A stretch of DNA of 51,229 nucleotides from Deltaproteobacteria bacterium (GCA_016218805.1 JACRCW010000021.1:1-51229), one strand, 5' to 3'; shown: positions 20,064 through 29,563, numbered from the stretch's first letter. The notes: generated from the letters alone by a model not told the origin. Translations and numbers: made by a program.

Positions 20064-22325
20064 ATGCGGGTCATCCCACATGTGGTGCTGGCGGCCGCCC
20101 TGGGCGCCGCGGGGACGGGTTGCCACACGGCGGCCTTTGTCTGCGGGTCTGATGCGGACTGTGACCAGGTGCACGGCTGCGACCCCGCAGACCGCGTGTG
20201 CCGGCGCCGCTGCACCGGCGCGTGCGCGGGGGGCCTCACCTGCGAGGACGGCCTGTGCCGCCCGGGATCCGCCGGTGCGGCATCCTCCTCGTCCTCGTCG
20301 GGTGTCGCGCCCGGAACCTCCGGCGCTACCAGTTTGGCCACGGTGACCTCCAGCGCCCCGGCAACCTCCACCGTTCTGACCAGCTCTACCGGAACCTCCG
20401 CGCCCGCCGCCGCGTCGTCGTTTTCGTCGTCGTCTTCGTCGGAGGGACGCTCGTCATCTGGCACCAGCCTCCCCACCGCCACCTCCCAACCGGAGGTCAG
20501 CTCCTCCGCACCCGGCGCCACCTCCGGGCCGGACGTCAGCTCGTCCTCCGGCCGCGGGCGGTCCTCCTCGTTCGGCCGTGCCTCCGCGTCCTTCACGCCA
20601 GCACGCTCCAGCTCCGCGGTGCTGGCATCATCCGCCGCCGCCCTCTCTTCCTCCGCCGCCCCCCCGGCTGCGGTGAACGCGCTGCCAGACCCGGTGGGCG
20701 CGTACGTCGCGGGGAGCTGCAACCGCCTGCGTCTGGTGATGGTGGATGCCAATGATACGCCCGCCACCACCAACGCGGTGCTGTCCCTCAACCTGTTCAC
20801 GTATGACGCGCTCGGCCAGTTCTTCGCGGATTCGGACACCACGTGTTCCGCTCCGCCCATTGCCGCGCTGGATGTCCTGGCAGGCGCCGTGGAGGCCCAC
20901 GTCCGCGTGGTGCTCCGGACCGTCCCGTCCACCACATTGGGCGCCATGAACGCATTTGGGGGACCGGCCCGCACGGCCACCGTGAGCGTGATCCCCTCCG
21001 CGCTGCAGGTCACCGCACCCACCTCCCTGCTGGTGGGCGAATGCTCCGGCGCCATCCGCGTCCACCTGTTGGACAACGCCGGCCAACGCGTTGCGGCGGG
21101 CTCGGTCACCGTCACGCTGGACGTCACCGAGGCCCCCTCGCAGGTAGAGCTGTTCTCCTCCGCCAATTGCACGGGTTACCCCTCATCCACCGCGCAGGCT
21201 CTCTGGAACACCACCAACGGCGCGGTGTTCTCCGCCCGCGGTTTGCGGGATCACGCCGAAAACCTCCGAATCTCCGCCGCCGGGTTGGAGCAACTCCACG
21301 CGCTGACCTTTGACGCGCGGGTGCAACGCGGCACCTGCTTCCTGCTGGCCAATTCCGGCGCCGTGGATTGCCCGGTGTACCGCGCCGTGCGGGACGTGAA
21401 CCGCACCATGATGCTGTTCTCCTCGCGTTTCACGGACAATACGCCCCGGAACTCCGCCATCACCTGTCAGCTGGCCAATACGTCCACCATCGCCTGCCGG
21501 CGCGCGGGGACGGACGGCGCCATCGCCGTCATCTCCTGGCAGGTGTTTGAATCCGCTACCGGGCTGTCCGTGCAGCACCTTACCTCCGGGTGCACCTCGG
21601 ACACGGGCACGTTCATCACGCTGCCCACACCCGCCACGGCCTCCTCATTCCTCCTGTTCAGCGCCCGCGGCGGCGGCGGCACCATCAATGATGATGACTT
21701 CCGCACCGCGGAGCTGCAGCTTCCCTCAACGGTGATTGTGCGCAATGGGCGTCCGGCGTGCATCCCCGTCAGCAGCGGCGGCGAGGACTACGCGCTGCAG
21801 GTGGTCACCTGGACCGGCGCGTCCGTGGTTTCCGGCACGCTGCAGGTCCCCATCAACGCCGGCTCCATGGGCGTGGCGGCCACGGGCTCGGCCGCGCTGG
21901 CAACGTGGCGCGCCTCGGGCTCACCCACCGCGTGTGCCGCGTTCACGGAAGCGGAACCCGCGGGAAACCTGGTCACACTGTTGCGGGGAAACTCTGACAC
22001 GGGTTGCGCCACCGCCGCGGTGGACACCACCTGGCAGGCGCTGAGCTTCCCCGCGGCGGTCACCGTCACTGCGTTTGGCCTGCAATTCAGCGGGACGTCC
22101 GCAACCTGGCCGCTCAACAGCAACGTTGACCCGGGGAGCACGTTCGTGTTCGCCAGCGGGCAGGGCTACTCAGGGCAGGGCGGCGGAACCGTGGCGGGCA
22201 TTACGTCCGTGGCGTCTGACGCGGTGGCCACGCTGGATGTTTCGTTGTCAACGTTGACGGTGACGCGCGGAACGGGGACCGGGGCGGTGCGGTTCCTGGT
22301 GCAGGTGGTGTGTGTGCCGCCGTGA
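20064..22325 (+). CDS. Large surface lipoprotein (Cys-rich module, Ser/Thr linker, beta-rich domains)
   Basis: AGTG-C lipobox-like site; CGSDADC..C..C..C; long Ser-rich spacer. Confidence 0.7.
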   Translation: MRVIPHVVLAAALGAAGTGCHTAAFVCGSDADCDQVHGCDPADRVCRRRCTGACAGGLTCEDGLCRPGSAGAASSSSSSGVAPGTSGATSLATVTSSAPATSTVLTSSTGTSAPAAASSFSSSSSSEGRSSSGTSLPTATSQPEVSSSAPGATSGPDVSSSSGRGRSSSFGRASASFTPARSSSAVLASSAAALSSSAAPPAAVNALPDPVGAYVAGSCNRLRLVMVDANDTPATTNAVLSLNLFTYDALGQFFADSDTTCSAPPIAALDVLAGAVEAHVRVVLRTVPSTTLGAMNAFGGPARTATVSVIPSALQVTAPTSLLVGECSGAIRVHLLDNAGQRVAAGSVTVTLDVTEAPSQVELFSSANCTGYPSSTAQALWNTTNGAVFSARGLRDHAENLRISAAGLEQLHALTFDARVQRGTCFLLANSGAVDCPVYRAVRDVNRTMMLFSSRFTDNTPRNSAITCQLANTSTIACRRAGTDGAIAVISWQVFESATGLSVQHLTSGCTSDTGTFITLPTPATASSFLLFSARGGGGTINDDDFRTAELQLPSTVIVRNGRPACIPVSSGGEDYALQVVTWTGASVVSGTLQVPINAGSMGVAATGSAALATWRASGSPTACAAFTEAEPAGNLVTLLRGNSDTGCATAAVDTTWQALSFPAAVTVTAFGLQFSGTSATWPLNSNVDPGSTFVFASGQGYSGQGGGTVAGITSVASDAVATLDVSLSTLTVTRGTGTGAVRFLVQVVCVPP

Positions 22326-22534
22326 GCACCGCGGCATCCGTCATCCGGAGGACGGCCTAGGCCGGGTGACCTCCGCTTCTCGACGGAACCCCATCCGCTT
22401 CATGACTTCGGCCGGTGGACGGACTCCGGATAGGTCGATCATCCGATGGTAGGGGGACGAACCACCTTGTCGCAGGCCTCGATACACGCCTTGTGCCCCG
22501 GTCGCGTGTGGCCGGGCCGCCAGGAGAGGCCGCC

Positions 22535-23740
22535 ATGCGTATCAACAGCAACTTCGCGCAGACACTGATGGGGATGGTGGAACGCATGTTCCAGGCCTCC
22601 ACGCAGCCCGCCGCCCTGCCGGCCACCGCCGGTGGCCCCGCGCTTTCGCCGTTTGGGCGGGATGGGTTTGAAATGGCGCGCCGCAACTGGATGCAGGGTC
22701 TGTCCGGCGCCACCCAGCTGGCCCCCGGCGGCCGCCCGGACATCCCCACCAAGGACCCGGTGACTGACCCGCAGCCGCAGCCTCCCACGACGGACAACCC
22801 CACCACGCCCATCTCCGACCCGCAGCCGCAGCCGCCGCAGAGCAAGCGGAAGGTGTTTGTGTTCGGCAACAAGAAGCACCCGCGCACGCTGGGCAGCTTC
22901 CTGAAGAAGGCGCAGAAGTACGGCATCAACATTGACCCGTCCAAGTTCACCCCTGAACAGCTCAAGATGAAGATCCCCGCGGGCAAGTCCATCGTCGTTT
23001 CAGACGGCGGCGAGATCCTGGGCATGAAGGACACGCGTGACGTGATGGGCGACGACAACCTGGGCGTGCGCGGTCACCTGCGCGGGCGCGGTGACCTGGA
23101 TGACACGCACACCGTGTCCCGCCAGGGCTATGAGACGGTGGGCCGGGGCGGGGACGTTGAGGTCAATGGCCAGAACTACGAGGTGGACAACACGTTCCTC
23201 AAGTCCCCCGTGGCGCTGGACCTCAACCACGACGGGAAGATTGGCACCACGGGCGCGTCCACCGCGCAGAAGCGCGCGGATGGCAAGGTGGGGAAGACCG
23301 TGATGTTTGACGTGGACGGTGACGGCAAGAAGGACCGCACCGAGTGGATGTCCGGCAACGGCGACGGGCTGCTGGTGGATGACCGCGACGGTGGGGCCAC
23401 GCGCGCCATGAAGGGCAACGGCGAGATTGACGGGCGGCGCCTGTACGGGGACCAGGGTGGTAAGTACGCCAACGGCTACGACAAGATGGCGCAGCGGGAC
23501 AGCAACCACGACGGCAAGCTCTCCGGCCAGGAACTGGAGGGACTCAAGGTCTGGGTGGACGACGGCGACGCGCTCATTGGCAAGGGCGAACTCAAGTCCC
23601 TCAAGGAACTGGGCATCACGGAGATGTCGGTGGGCATGCACACCGAGCAGAACGCGCGCGGTGAGGACCTGATGCGCTCGTCGTTCGTGCAGAACGGGCA
23701 GCAGCAGATGAGCGAGGACGTCTGGTTCGCCACGCACTGA
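22535..23740 (+). CDS. Protein with C-terminal FrpC self-processing-module-like Ca2+-binding domain
   Basis: AGGAG RBS; SPVALDLNHDG, FDVDGDG..TEW, DGLLVDD, NGY...DSNHDG, LKVWVD, ELKSLKELGI, DVWF. Confidence 0.75.
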   Translation: MRINSNFAQTLMGMVERMFQASTQPAALPATAGGPALSPFGRDGFEMARRNWMQGLSGATQLAPGGRPDIPTKDPVTDPQPQPPTTDNPTTPISDPQPQPPQSKRKVFVFGNKKHPRTLGSFLKKAQKYGINIDPSKFTPEQLKMKIPAGKSIVVSDGGEILGMKDTRDVMGDDNLGVRGHLRGRGDLDDTHTVSRQGYETVGRGGDVEVNGQNYEVDNTFLKSPVALDLNHDGKIGTTGASTAQKRADGKVGKTVMFDVDGDGKKDRTEWMSGNGDGLLVDDRDGGATRAMKGNGEIDGRRLYGDQGGKYANGYDKMAQRDSNHDGKLSGQELEGLKVWVDDGDALIGKGELKSLKELGITEMSVGMHTEQNARGEDLMRSSFVQNGQQQMSEDVWFATH

Positions 23741-23758
23741 GCCGGCACGGCACCTCCG

Positions 23759-23805
23759 CCAACGCGCCGCCGCGAATGCCCCCATCATTCGCGCCGGCGC
23801 GTTGG
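23759..23805 (+). terminator. Long GC-rich hairpin
   Basis: CCAACGCGCCG-c-CGCGAATG...CATTCGCG-c-CGGCGCGTTGG just after the 23740 stop; no U-tract. Confidence 0.5.
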
Positions 23806-23927
23806 TGTGTCCGCCGGATGTGTGTGGCGCGCCTTCATGCACCGGGCGCGTGACGTCGTTGTGCGGGCTTGCAAACAAGGCCGGACGTGCCAGCATGCGT
23901 GGCCGCGGCAAGACCACCGCTCCCAGC

Positions 23928-26336
23928 ATGACGTTCTCCTCCCGGCGTTCCGCGGCAACGCACCGCATCCCCCGGCCGTGGCCTGCCTGCGCGGTGCTGG
24001 CGCTGGCGTGGGCGGCCGCACCGGCGCAGGCAGACTTCTTTGGGCTGGAGCCGGGAGCGCGCGTCCGCGGGCACCAGGACCTGGACTGCAAGAAGTGTCA
24101 CGCCGAAGGGACGGGCAGCGGCATTGACCGCAACAAGTGCCTGGGGTGCCACGACCACCGCGACCTGCGCGCGCAGGTGGAGCACGGGCGCGGGCTGCAC
24201 GGCCGGCCCGAGTTCCAGAAGAGCTGCGAGAAATGTCACGTGGACCACAAGGGTGAGAAGGCGCGGGTGATTGACTGGAAGCTGGAAGGCGGAATGGACC
24301 AGTTCAACCACGCCAAGACGGGCTACGAGTTGGAAGGCCGGCACCGCCGCGTGAAATGCACGGATTGCCACAAGGCGCGGTTTGAGCGGTCCGGGACACC
24401 GCGTTTCCTGGGCCTGGACCAGAAGTGCCTGTCCTGCCACCAGGACGTGCACAACTTCCAGAACACGCGCAAGGAGCTGACGGACTGCACCGTGTGCCAC
24501 CAGTTTGACGCGCGCGAGATAGCGAGCCAGCAGGCGGTGCTGCGCACGTTCAACCACGCCGCGGTGACGGAGCACGCGCTGCGGGGCGCGCACGACGACA
24601 TCAAGTGCACGAAATGCCACACCCAGGGCAAGGCGTTCAGGATGGCGCAGAAACCGCAGGGCTGCGCCAGCTGCCACAAGGACCCGCACCGCAACGTGTA
24701 CACGGCGGAGGGCCGGTCCTGCGAAAAGTGCCACGTGGAGGACAAGGCGAGCTTCAAGGAACAGCGGTTTGACCACGGCAAGACGCGGTTCCCGCTGCAG
24801 TTCACCCACGCGCGCACGGCGTGCACCAAGTGTCATCCCAAGGAGGTGCTGAAGTCCCCCGCGCTGGACTGCCTGGGCTGCCACCGCGAGGACAATGTGC
24901 ACGTGGTGGCGGGCGCGGACCGGTTTGACGGCGTGGCATGCCAGAAGTGCCACACACCGCAGGGGTTCAAGGGGCGCGTGATCTTCAACCACGGCCAGGA
25001 GACCCGGATGAAGCTGGCCGGGCGGCACGCGGAGGTGGGCTGCGCCGGCTGTCACCGCGGGAAACCCAAGGCGGAGGTGCGCACGGCGGAGGACACCTTT
25101 GAGCGGTTCAAGAGCGCGGAGTGCATTGGCTGTCACCAGCACCGTGAGGCCCACCAGCGTGCGTTCCATGACACGCCACAGGTGTGCACGCGCTGCCATG
25201 TGCCGGGGTCCGACAACCTCAAGCTGCCGCCGCACGACAAGCTCTCCGAGGTGTTTGCGCAGGCGGGCGCACACGCGGCGGTGAGCTGCGAGAAGTGCCA
25301 CGGGGAGGGGATCAAGAAGCTCAAGGTGGGCGCTGACTGCGTGACGTGTCACGAGGACAAGCACCGCGGCACGCTGGGCGAGGGTAAGAACTGCAAAGCG
25401 TGCCACACCGAGGGCTACGCGTTCCTGCAGGTGAGCCTGGATCATGACCGCGACACGCACTACCCGCTGACCGGGCGGCACGCGTCCGTGCGGTGCGCGC
25501 GGTGCCACCCGGGCGCACCGGCGACCTACAAAGTGCCGGAGCAGAAGTGCGTGGACTGTCACGGCGCGCAGGACGTGCACGCGGGGAAGCTGGGCCTGGA
25601 CTGCGCCCGGTGTCACACGCCGTCCGGTGGCGCACCCCGGTTTGACCACGCCCGGATGACGCGCTTCCCGTTGGAGGGTGCGCACGCGCGGGCGGAGTGC
25701 GTGGGATGTCACGCGCTCCCGGAGCGCGGGCCGGATGGCCAACCGGTGGTGGACTGGCAGTTCCGCGCACCGGGTAAGGACTGCAAAACGTGCCACGGCG
25801 ACCGGCACGGCGTCTCCGCGGCCTCCACGTGCGCGCGGTGCCACGGCATGGAGGACTGGCGCACGCGCATTGTGGACCGCTACCACGACGTGCCGCCGTT
25901 CAGCCTGCTGGGACAGCACTCCGACCTGGAGTGCACCAAGTGCCACGGCCAGTCCGCGGACCTCACCGGCACCGGCACGCGCTGCGAGAGTTGCCACCGC
26001 CAGGATGACATCCACGGCGGCGCGCTGCGCGAGTGCCAGCAGTGCCACCGCGTCCAGGGTTGGATGCCCTCATCCTTCACGCACGCCACCACGGGCTTCC
26101 CGCTGCAGGGCATCCACCGCACGCTGGATTGCCGGCAGTGCCACGGCGTGGGCGCGTACTCGGGGATGAGCAGTGAGTGCATCAGCTGTCATCTGAGGGA
26201 CTGGGCCAACGCTACTTCGCCGGTGGCCAACATCTTCCACAACGCTGTGGTGCAGGACCCCAACTGCCTCCCGTGCCACAACCAGGTCTCCTGGTACCGC
26301 GGCCCGCGCGGTGAACTGCGGAGGAACCTGCGGTGA
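23928..26336 (+). CDS. 30-heme cytochrome c built of ten triheme repeats
   Basis: 30 CxxCH motifs counted by hand; repeat F(D/N)H..T.(F/Y).L.G.H; Sec signal ending AQA-D; start may be ATG 23895 or 23928. Confidence 0.93.
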   Translation: MTFSSRRSAATHRIPRPWPACAVLALAWAAAPAQADFFGLEPGARVRGHQDLDCKKCHAEGTGSGIDRNKCLGCHDHRDLRAQVEHGRGLHGRPEFQKSCEKCHVDHKGEKARVIDWKLEGGMDQFNHAKTGYELEGRHRRVKCTDCHKARFERSGTPRFLGLDQKCLSCHQDVHNFQNTRKELTDCTVCHQFDAREIASQQAVLRTFNHAAVTEHALRGAHDDIKCTKCHTQGKAFRMAQKPQGCASCHKDPHRNVYTAEGRSCEKCHVEDKASFKEQRFDHGKTRFPLQFTHARTACTKCHPKEVLKSPALDCLGCHREDNVHVVAGADRFDGVACQKCHTPQGFKGRVIFNHGQETRMKLAGRHAEVGCAGCHRGKPKAEVRTAEDTFERFKSAECIGCHQHREAHQRAFHDTPQVCTRCHVPGSDNLKLPPHDKLSEVFAQAGAHAAVSCEKCHGEGIKKLKVGADCVTCHEDKHRGTLGEGKNCKACHTEGYAFLQVSLDHDRDTHYPLTGRHASVRCARCHPGAPATYKVPEQKCVDCHGAQDVHAGKLGLDCARCHTPSGGAPRFDHARMTRFPLEGAHARAECVGCHALPERGPDGQPVVDWQFRAPGKDCKTCHGDRHGVSAASTCARCHGMEDWRTRIVDRYHDVPPFSLLGQHSDLECTKCHGQSADLTGTGTRCESCHRQDDIHGGALRECQQCHRVQGWMPSSFTHATTGFPLQGIHRTLDCRQCHGVGAYSGMSSECISCHLRDWANATSPVANIFHNAVVQDPNCLPCHNQVSWYRGPRGELRRNLR

Positions 26337-28564
26337 CGCGCACGGCGTTGCTCCCCGCGCTGGTTTCGCTCTTGCTGCTGCCGGGGCGCGCGTTCTCCGC
26401 CAACGAGACGCCCGCCCCGGCGCCGCCTCCGCCGCCCGTGGCCCAACCCACGCATGCGCCCGCGTCCCCGCGCGCGCCCGGGAAGAAGCCCCCCGCACAA
26501 GCCACGCGCCACACCCCGCGCGGGCTTCCCAACACGGTGGATGGGCGCGTGTGGACGTCCACGCTGTACACCGTGAGCCAACCGCTGGGTGTGGAATGGG
26601 GCTACGGGCAGGTGGGTGCGCAGGTGGACGCGGAGCAACTGTTTGGCACGCCGGTGGGGGTGCACGTTGACGGTTTTGTGCAGCAGCGCCTGTACCAGCG
26701 GCCGCTGCGGCTGGGGCCGCCCGTGCTGTTTGGTCCGGAACCGTGGTCCGGCAGCGGTGTCCGCCATCCGCGCTACCTCACGTATGACCGCCTCACGGAA
26801 GCCAACCTCAGCGTGAAGACCCGGTGGGCGGATGTCTTTGTAGGTCGTACGATCGTACCCAGCGCGTTCCAGGCCATGGTGGACGGCGTGGCGGGCAGCG
26901 CGGCGGTGCTGCACTGGGGACGCGTGGGCGCGTGGGCGGGGCTCATGCCGGACCTGTGGCACCCGCGCATGTGGCTGGACCGTGACTACCGCAGCCTCAG
27001 CGGGTTGTTCCCCGCGGACGGTGACACCGCGTTCACCGGCGACGCCGTGGGGGGCGAACTGGCGCTCATTTCGCGCGGGCCGCTGCGCCTGGTCTCCGGG
27101 CCACTGGACGGGCAGACCCTGTTCAACCTCCGCTTTGCCACGGCGGGTGCCAGCTTCTCCACGCGCTTCCCCATGTTCACCTCCGACACCAGCGCCCAGC
27201 TCATCCTGTGGAACCCGGCCGCGCGGTGGACGGTGACCTCCGGTACGCCGTCTCCCGGCGCGCTGGGCTTCAACGCCTCACTGCCCACGTCCTGGGTGGA
27301 CGCCGCGCTGGTGAACCACCTGATGACATTCAAGCCGCTGCGGCCGCTCAATTTCCACTTCCGTTCATCGTGGGATGCGTGGGGTGCGCTGCGGTCCCTG
27401 GACGTGCGGCGCGTGGATCCCTCCGGCAATCCCGTGGGCGCGCTGCGCCACCCGGTGGGTTTCACGGACCCGCTGGTGGACCAGACCGGCGGCCTGCGCG
27501 AGCTGCTGCTGGACGCCACCTTCCGCGGTGACTGGCCCTTTGGGTTGTCCGTCCAGGCGCATCACTACCAGTCACTGGTGACGTCACAGTCTTGGCGTTT
27601 CTACCAGTCAGACCTGGTGCAACCGGGCGTGTCAGAGCAGTTTGCCGTGGCGGCGGGCAACCCGGGCGCCCCGCCGGGAGAACGCCAGCAGCTCATCCTC
27701 AATGGCAAGAAGCTGGACCTGCAGACGTTGGCCATGGTGCAGCGCGAACGCCTGCGCGCAAGCGGCTGGGTCAGCCCGCTGGGTTTCCTGTTCAAGGACA
27801 GCTCGGCGCAGCTGTACGGCGAGGTGTTTGTGGAGTGGCGGCGCGATCACCCGCGGCTGCGCCCCGAGGGGGATGCGCTGTGCATGCTGGACAAGGATGG
27901 TGACGGCGTGCCGGAACCCTACGGCACCGCCTCCGAGTGCCGCGTGTGTCAGGCGCAGCGCGTGGACGCCGCCGGCAATCCCGTGCTGGATGCGCAGGGC
28001 AACCCCACCTACCAGCTGGCCTACGGCGAGACCTGCGGCAGTGCCGGCGCCAATCGCCTGGCCCGCCCCGACGACACCGTTCGCTACGGCGGCACGGTGG
28101 GCCTGCGTGATCCCACGCTGTACGACTCCGTCACCTACGATCTGTCGCTCACCGGGATGGACGGGTGGACCAACCGTGCGGTGGTAGCGCGGGCGCGCGT
28201 GGGGGCGTTGGTGTTCGGCCAGGTCAATGTGGACCTCGGCATGACCTATGAGCTCAGCTTCAACCAGCGCTATTTCACGTCAGACGCGCCGTACAACGTG
28301 ACGGGCGTGTCCAAGACCGTCAACGGCTACTACCCGCGCAACGCCGTGGGACAGGCGTTCGTGTTTGACGGGAACGTGCTGTACCGCGTTGCGTGGGGAC
28401 TCACGTTTGAGGCGAGCTACCTGATGTTCTTTGAGGAGGAGCCCGTGGTGCAGGACTTCATCTTTGGCAACGGGGCCAACGCGGCGGGCGTGGTGGGCTA
28501 CCTGCCGCGGGACACGCACCAGGCACAACAGCTGTTCCTGCTGCGCGCGTCCTACCGGCTCTAA
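26333..28564 (+). CDS. Putative outer-membrane beta-barrel protein
   Basis: Signal AFSA-N, alternating amphipathic aromatic-rich strands, C-terminal LFLLRASYRL; GTGA overlap with the cytochrome gene. Confidence 0.72.
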   Translation: MTRTALLPALVSLLLLPGRAFSANETPAPAPPPPPVAQPTHAPASPRAPGKKPPAQATRHTPRGLPNTVDGRVWTSTLYTVSQPLGVEWGYGQVGAQVDAEQLFGTPVGVHVDGFVQQRLYQRPLRLGPPVLFGPEPWSGSGVRHPRYLTYDRLTEANLSVKTRWADVFVGRTIVPSAFQAMVDGVAGSAAVLHWGRVGAWAGLMPDLWHPRMWLDRDYRSLSGLFPADGDTAFTGDAVGGELALISRGPLRLVSGPLDGQTLFNLRFATAGASFSTRFPMFTSDTSAQLILWNPAARWTVTSGTPSPGALGFNASLPTSWVDAALVNHLMTFKPLRPLNFHFRSSWDAWGALRSLDVRRVDPSGNPVGALRHPVGFTDPLVDQTGGLRELLLDATFRGDWPFGLSVQAHHYQSLVTSQSWRFYQSDLVQPGVSEQFAVAAGNPGAPPGERQQLILNGKKLDLQTLAMVQRERLRASGWVSPLGFLFKDSSAQLYGEVFVEWRRDHPRLRPEGDALCMLDKDGDGVPEPYGTASECRVCQAQRVDAAGNPVLDAQGNPTYQLAYGETCGSAGANRLARPDDTVRYGGTVGLRDPTLYDSVTYDLSLTGMDGWTNRAVVARARVGALVFGQVNVDLGMTYELSFNQRYFTSDAPYNVTGVSKTVNGYYPRNAVGQAFVFDGNVLYRVAWGLTFEASYLMFFEEEPVVQDFIFGNGANAAGVVGYLPRDTHQAQQLFLLRASYRL

Positions 28565-28791
28565 CCGGAGCGCGGCACCGGGTCCTCCTCGGGGTGCGCG
28601 CCAATGTCCTCACCCGCGGGCGCGCTCACCCGCTGGGCGAGCACCCGCAGCGCCGTCTCCAGGCGCTCCACCCGCTCCTCCAGCTGCATGAGCCGCCGGT
28701 CCTTGTCCGCCACCACGCCGCCCAGCGTGACGAGTTCCTCCTGCGCAAACGCGAGCTTGATCTCCAAGTTGTCCAGGCGCGGGTCATCCAT
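28561..28791 (-). CDS. slyX: SlyX family protein
   Basis: RLDNLEIKLAFAQEEL...L coiled coil, acidic Pro tail. Confidence 0.75.
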   Translation of the reverse strand: MDDPRLDNLEIKLAFAQEELVTLGGVVADKDRRLMQLEERVERLETALRVLAQRVSAPAGEDIGAHPEEDPVPRSG

Positions 28792-28997
28792 GCGGAGAGT
28801 GTCCTGCGCGGGAGGCCCGCGGTCCAGCAGCCCGCCGTGGCGCTGCAGGTGCCGCCCCGGCTGCAGGACCGCATGTTGGACCCCGGCGCACGCCACGCTA
28901 CGCTGCCGCGGTTGTTCCGGGACACCAGTTGTTGTCGCAAGTACTCGGCGCTAAGTCGCCGCTCCCCGTCTCCGGAAGACAACCTGGACGTTACTGA

Positions 28998-29561
28998 ATG
29001 ACGCTTGCCGCCCGTTGTGGACTCCTGCTGACCGCCGTCGCCGTTGCCACGGTGGCCCGGGCGGAGATTCCCGTGGACCGCGCGGCGCAACTGCTGTTCC
29101 GTGCGCTCGCCTATGAGCGGCGCATCGTCGCCAACCCGGCCCCGGAGGCGCTCATCAGCGTGGTCACCCGCACCGGCGGCGTGGCGCCCGCGTGCGTGGC
29201 CATCAAGCAGGAACTCCAGCAACTGGCCCTCCAGACGCCCGTCGGGAAGCGCCGCGCCAAGGTCGGCTACCTCGCGTTCATTGACGCCAAGACCTTTGGT
29301 GAAGCGTTGCGGCGCGTGAAGCCTGACGCGGTGCTGGTGTGCGGGGGACTGGAGCCCGCCGTGCCCTCCATTGCCGAGGCAACGCGCGAGCACAAGGTCC
29401 TCTCGTTCGGCATGTCGCGCGCCATGGTGGATGCCGGCCTGAGCGTGGCGCTGGATGACGTGCGCGGGCGGCCGGGCCTGGTGGTGAACCTGGCCAACGC
29501 GCGCGCGGAGGGCGCCGCGCTGGACGCGTCGCTCCTGCAGGTTTCTGACGTGATCCGCTAG
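28998..29561 (+). CDS. YfiR/HmsC-like periplasmic protein
   Basis: Signal peptide; C-terminal LVVNLANARAEGAALDASLLQVS. Confidence 0.7.
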   Translation: MTLAARCGLLLTAVAVATVARAEIPVDRAAQLLFRALAYERRIVANPAPEALISVVTRTGGVAPACVAIKQELQQLALQTPVGKRRAKVGYLAFIDAKTFGEALRRVKPDAVLVCGGLEPAVPSIAEATREHKVLSFGMSRAMVDAGLSVALDDVRGRPGLVVNLANARAEGAALDASLLQVSDVIR

Positions 29562-29563
29562 GC

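Noticed and set aside
22535..22600. Flagellin gene
   Set aside because: Only the first six residues resemble flagellin; the conserved helical domains are absent
23825..23841. Sigma54 promoter before the multiheme gene (TGGCGCG..TGCA)
   Set aside because: GG-to-GC spacing is 11, not the required 10
23928..23960. Tat signal (SRR) on the cytochrome
   Set aside because: Lacks the RRxFL consensus, and c-type cytochromes are normally Sec-exported before heme attachment
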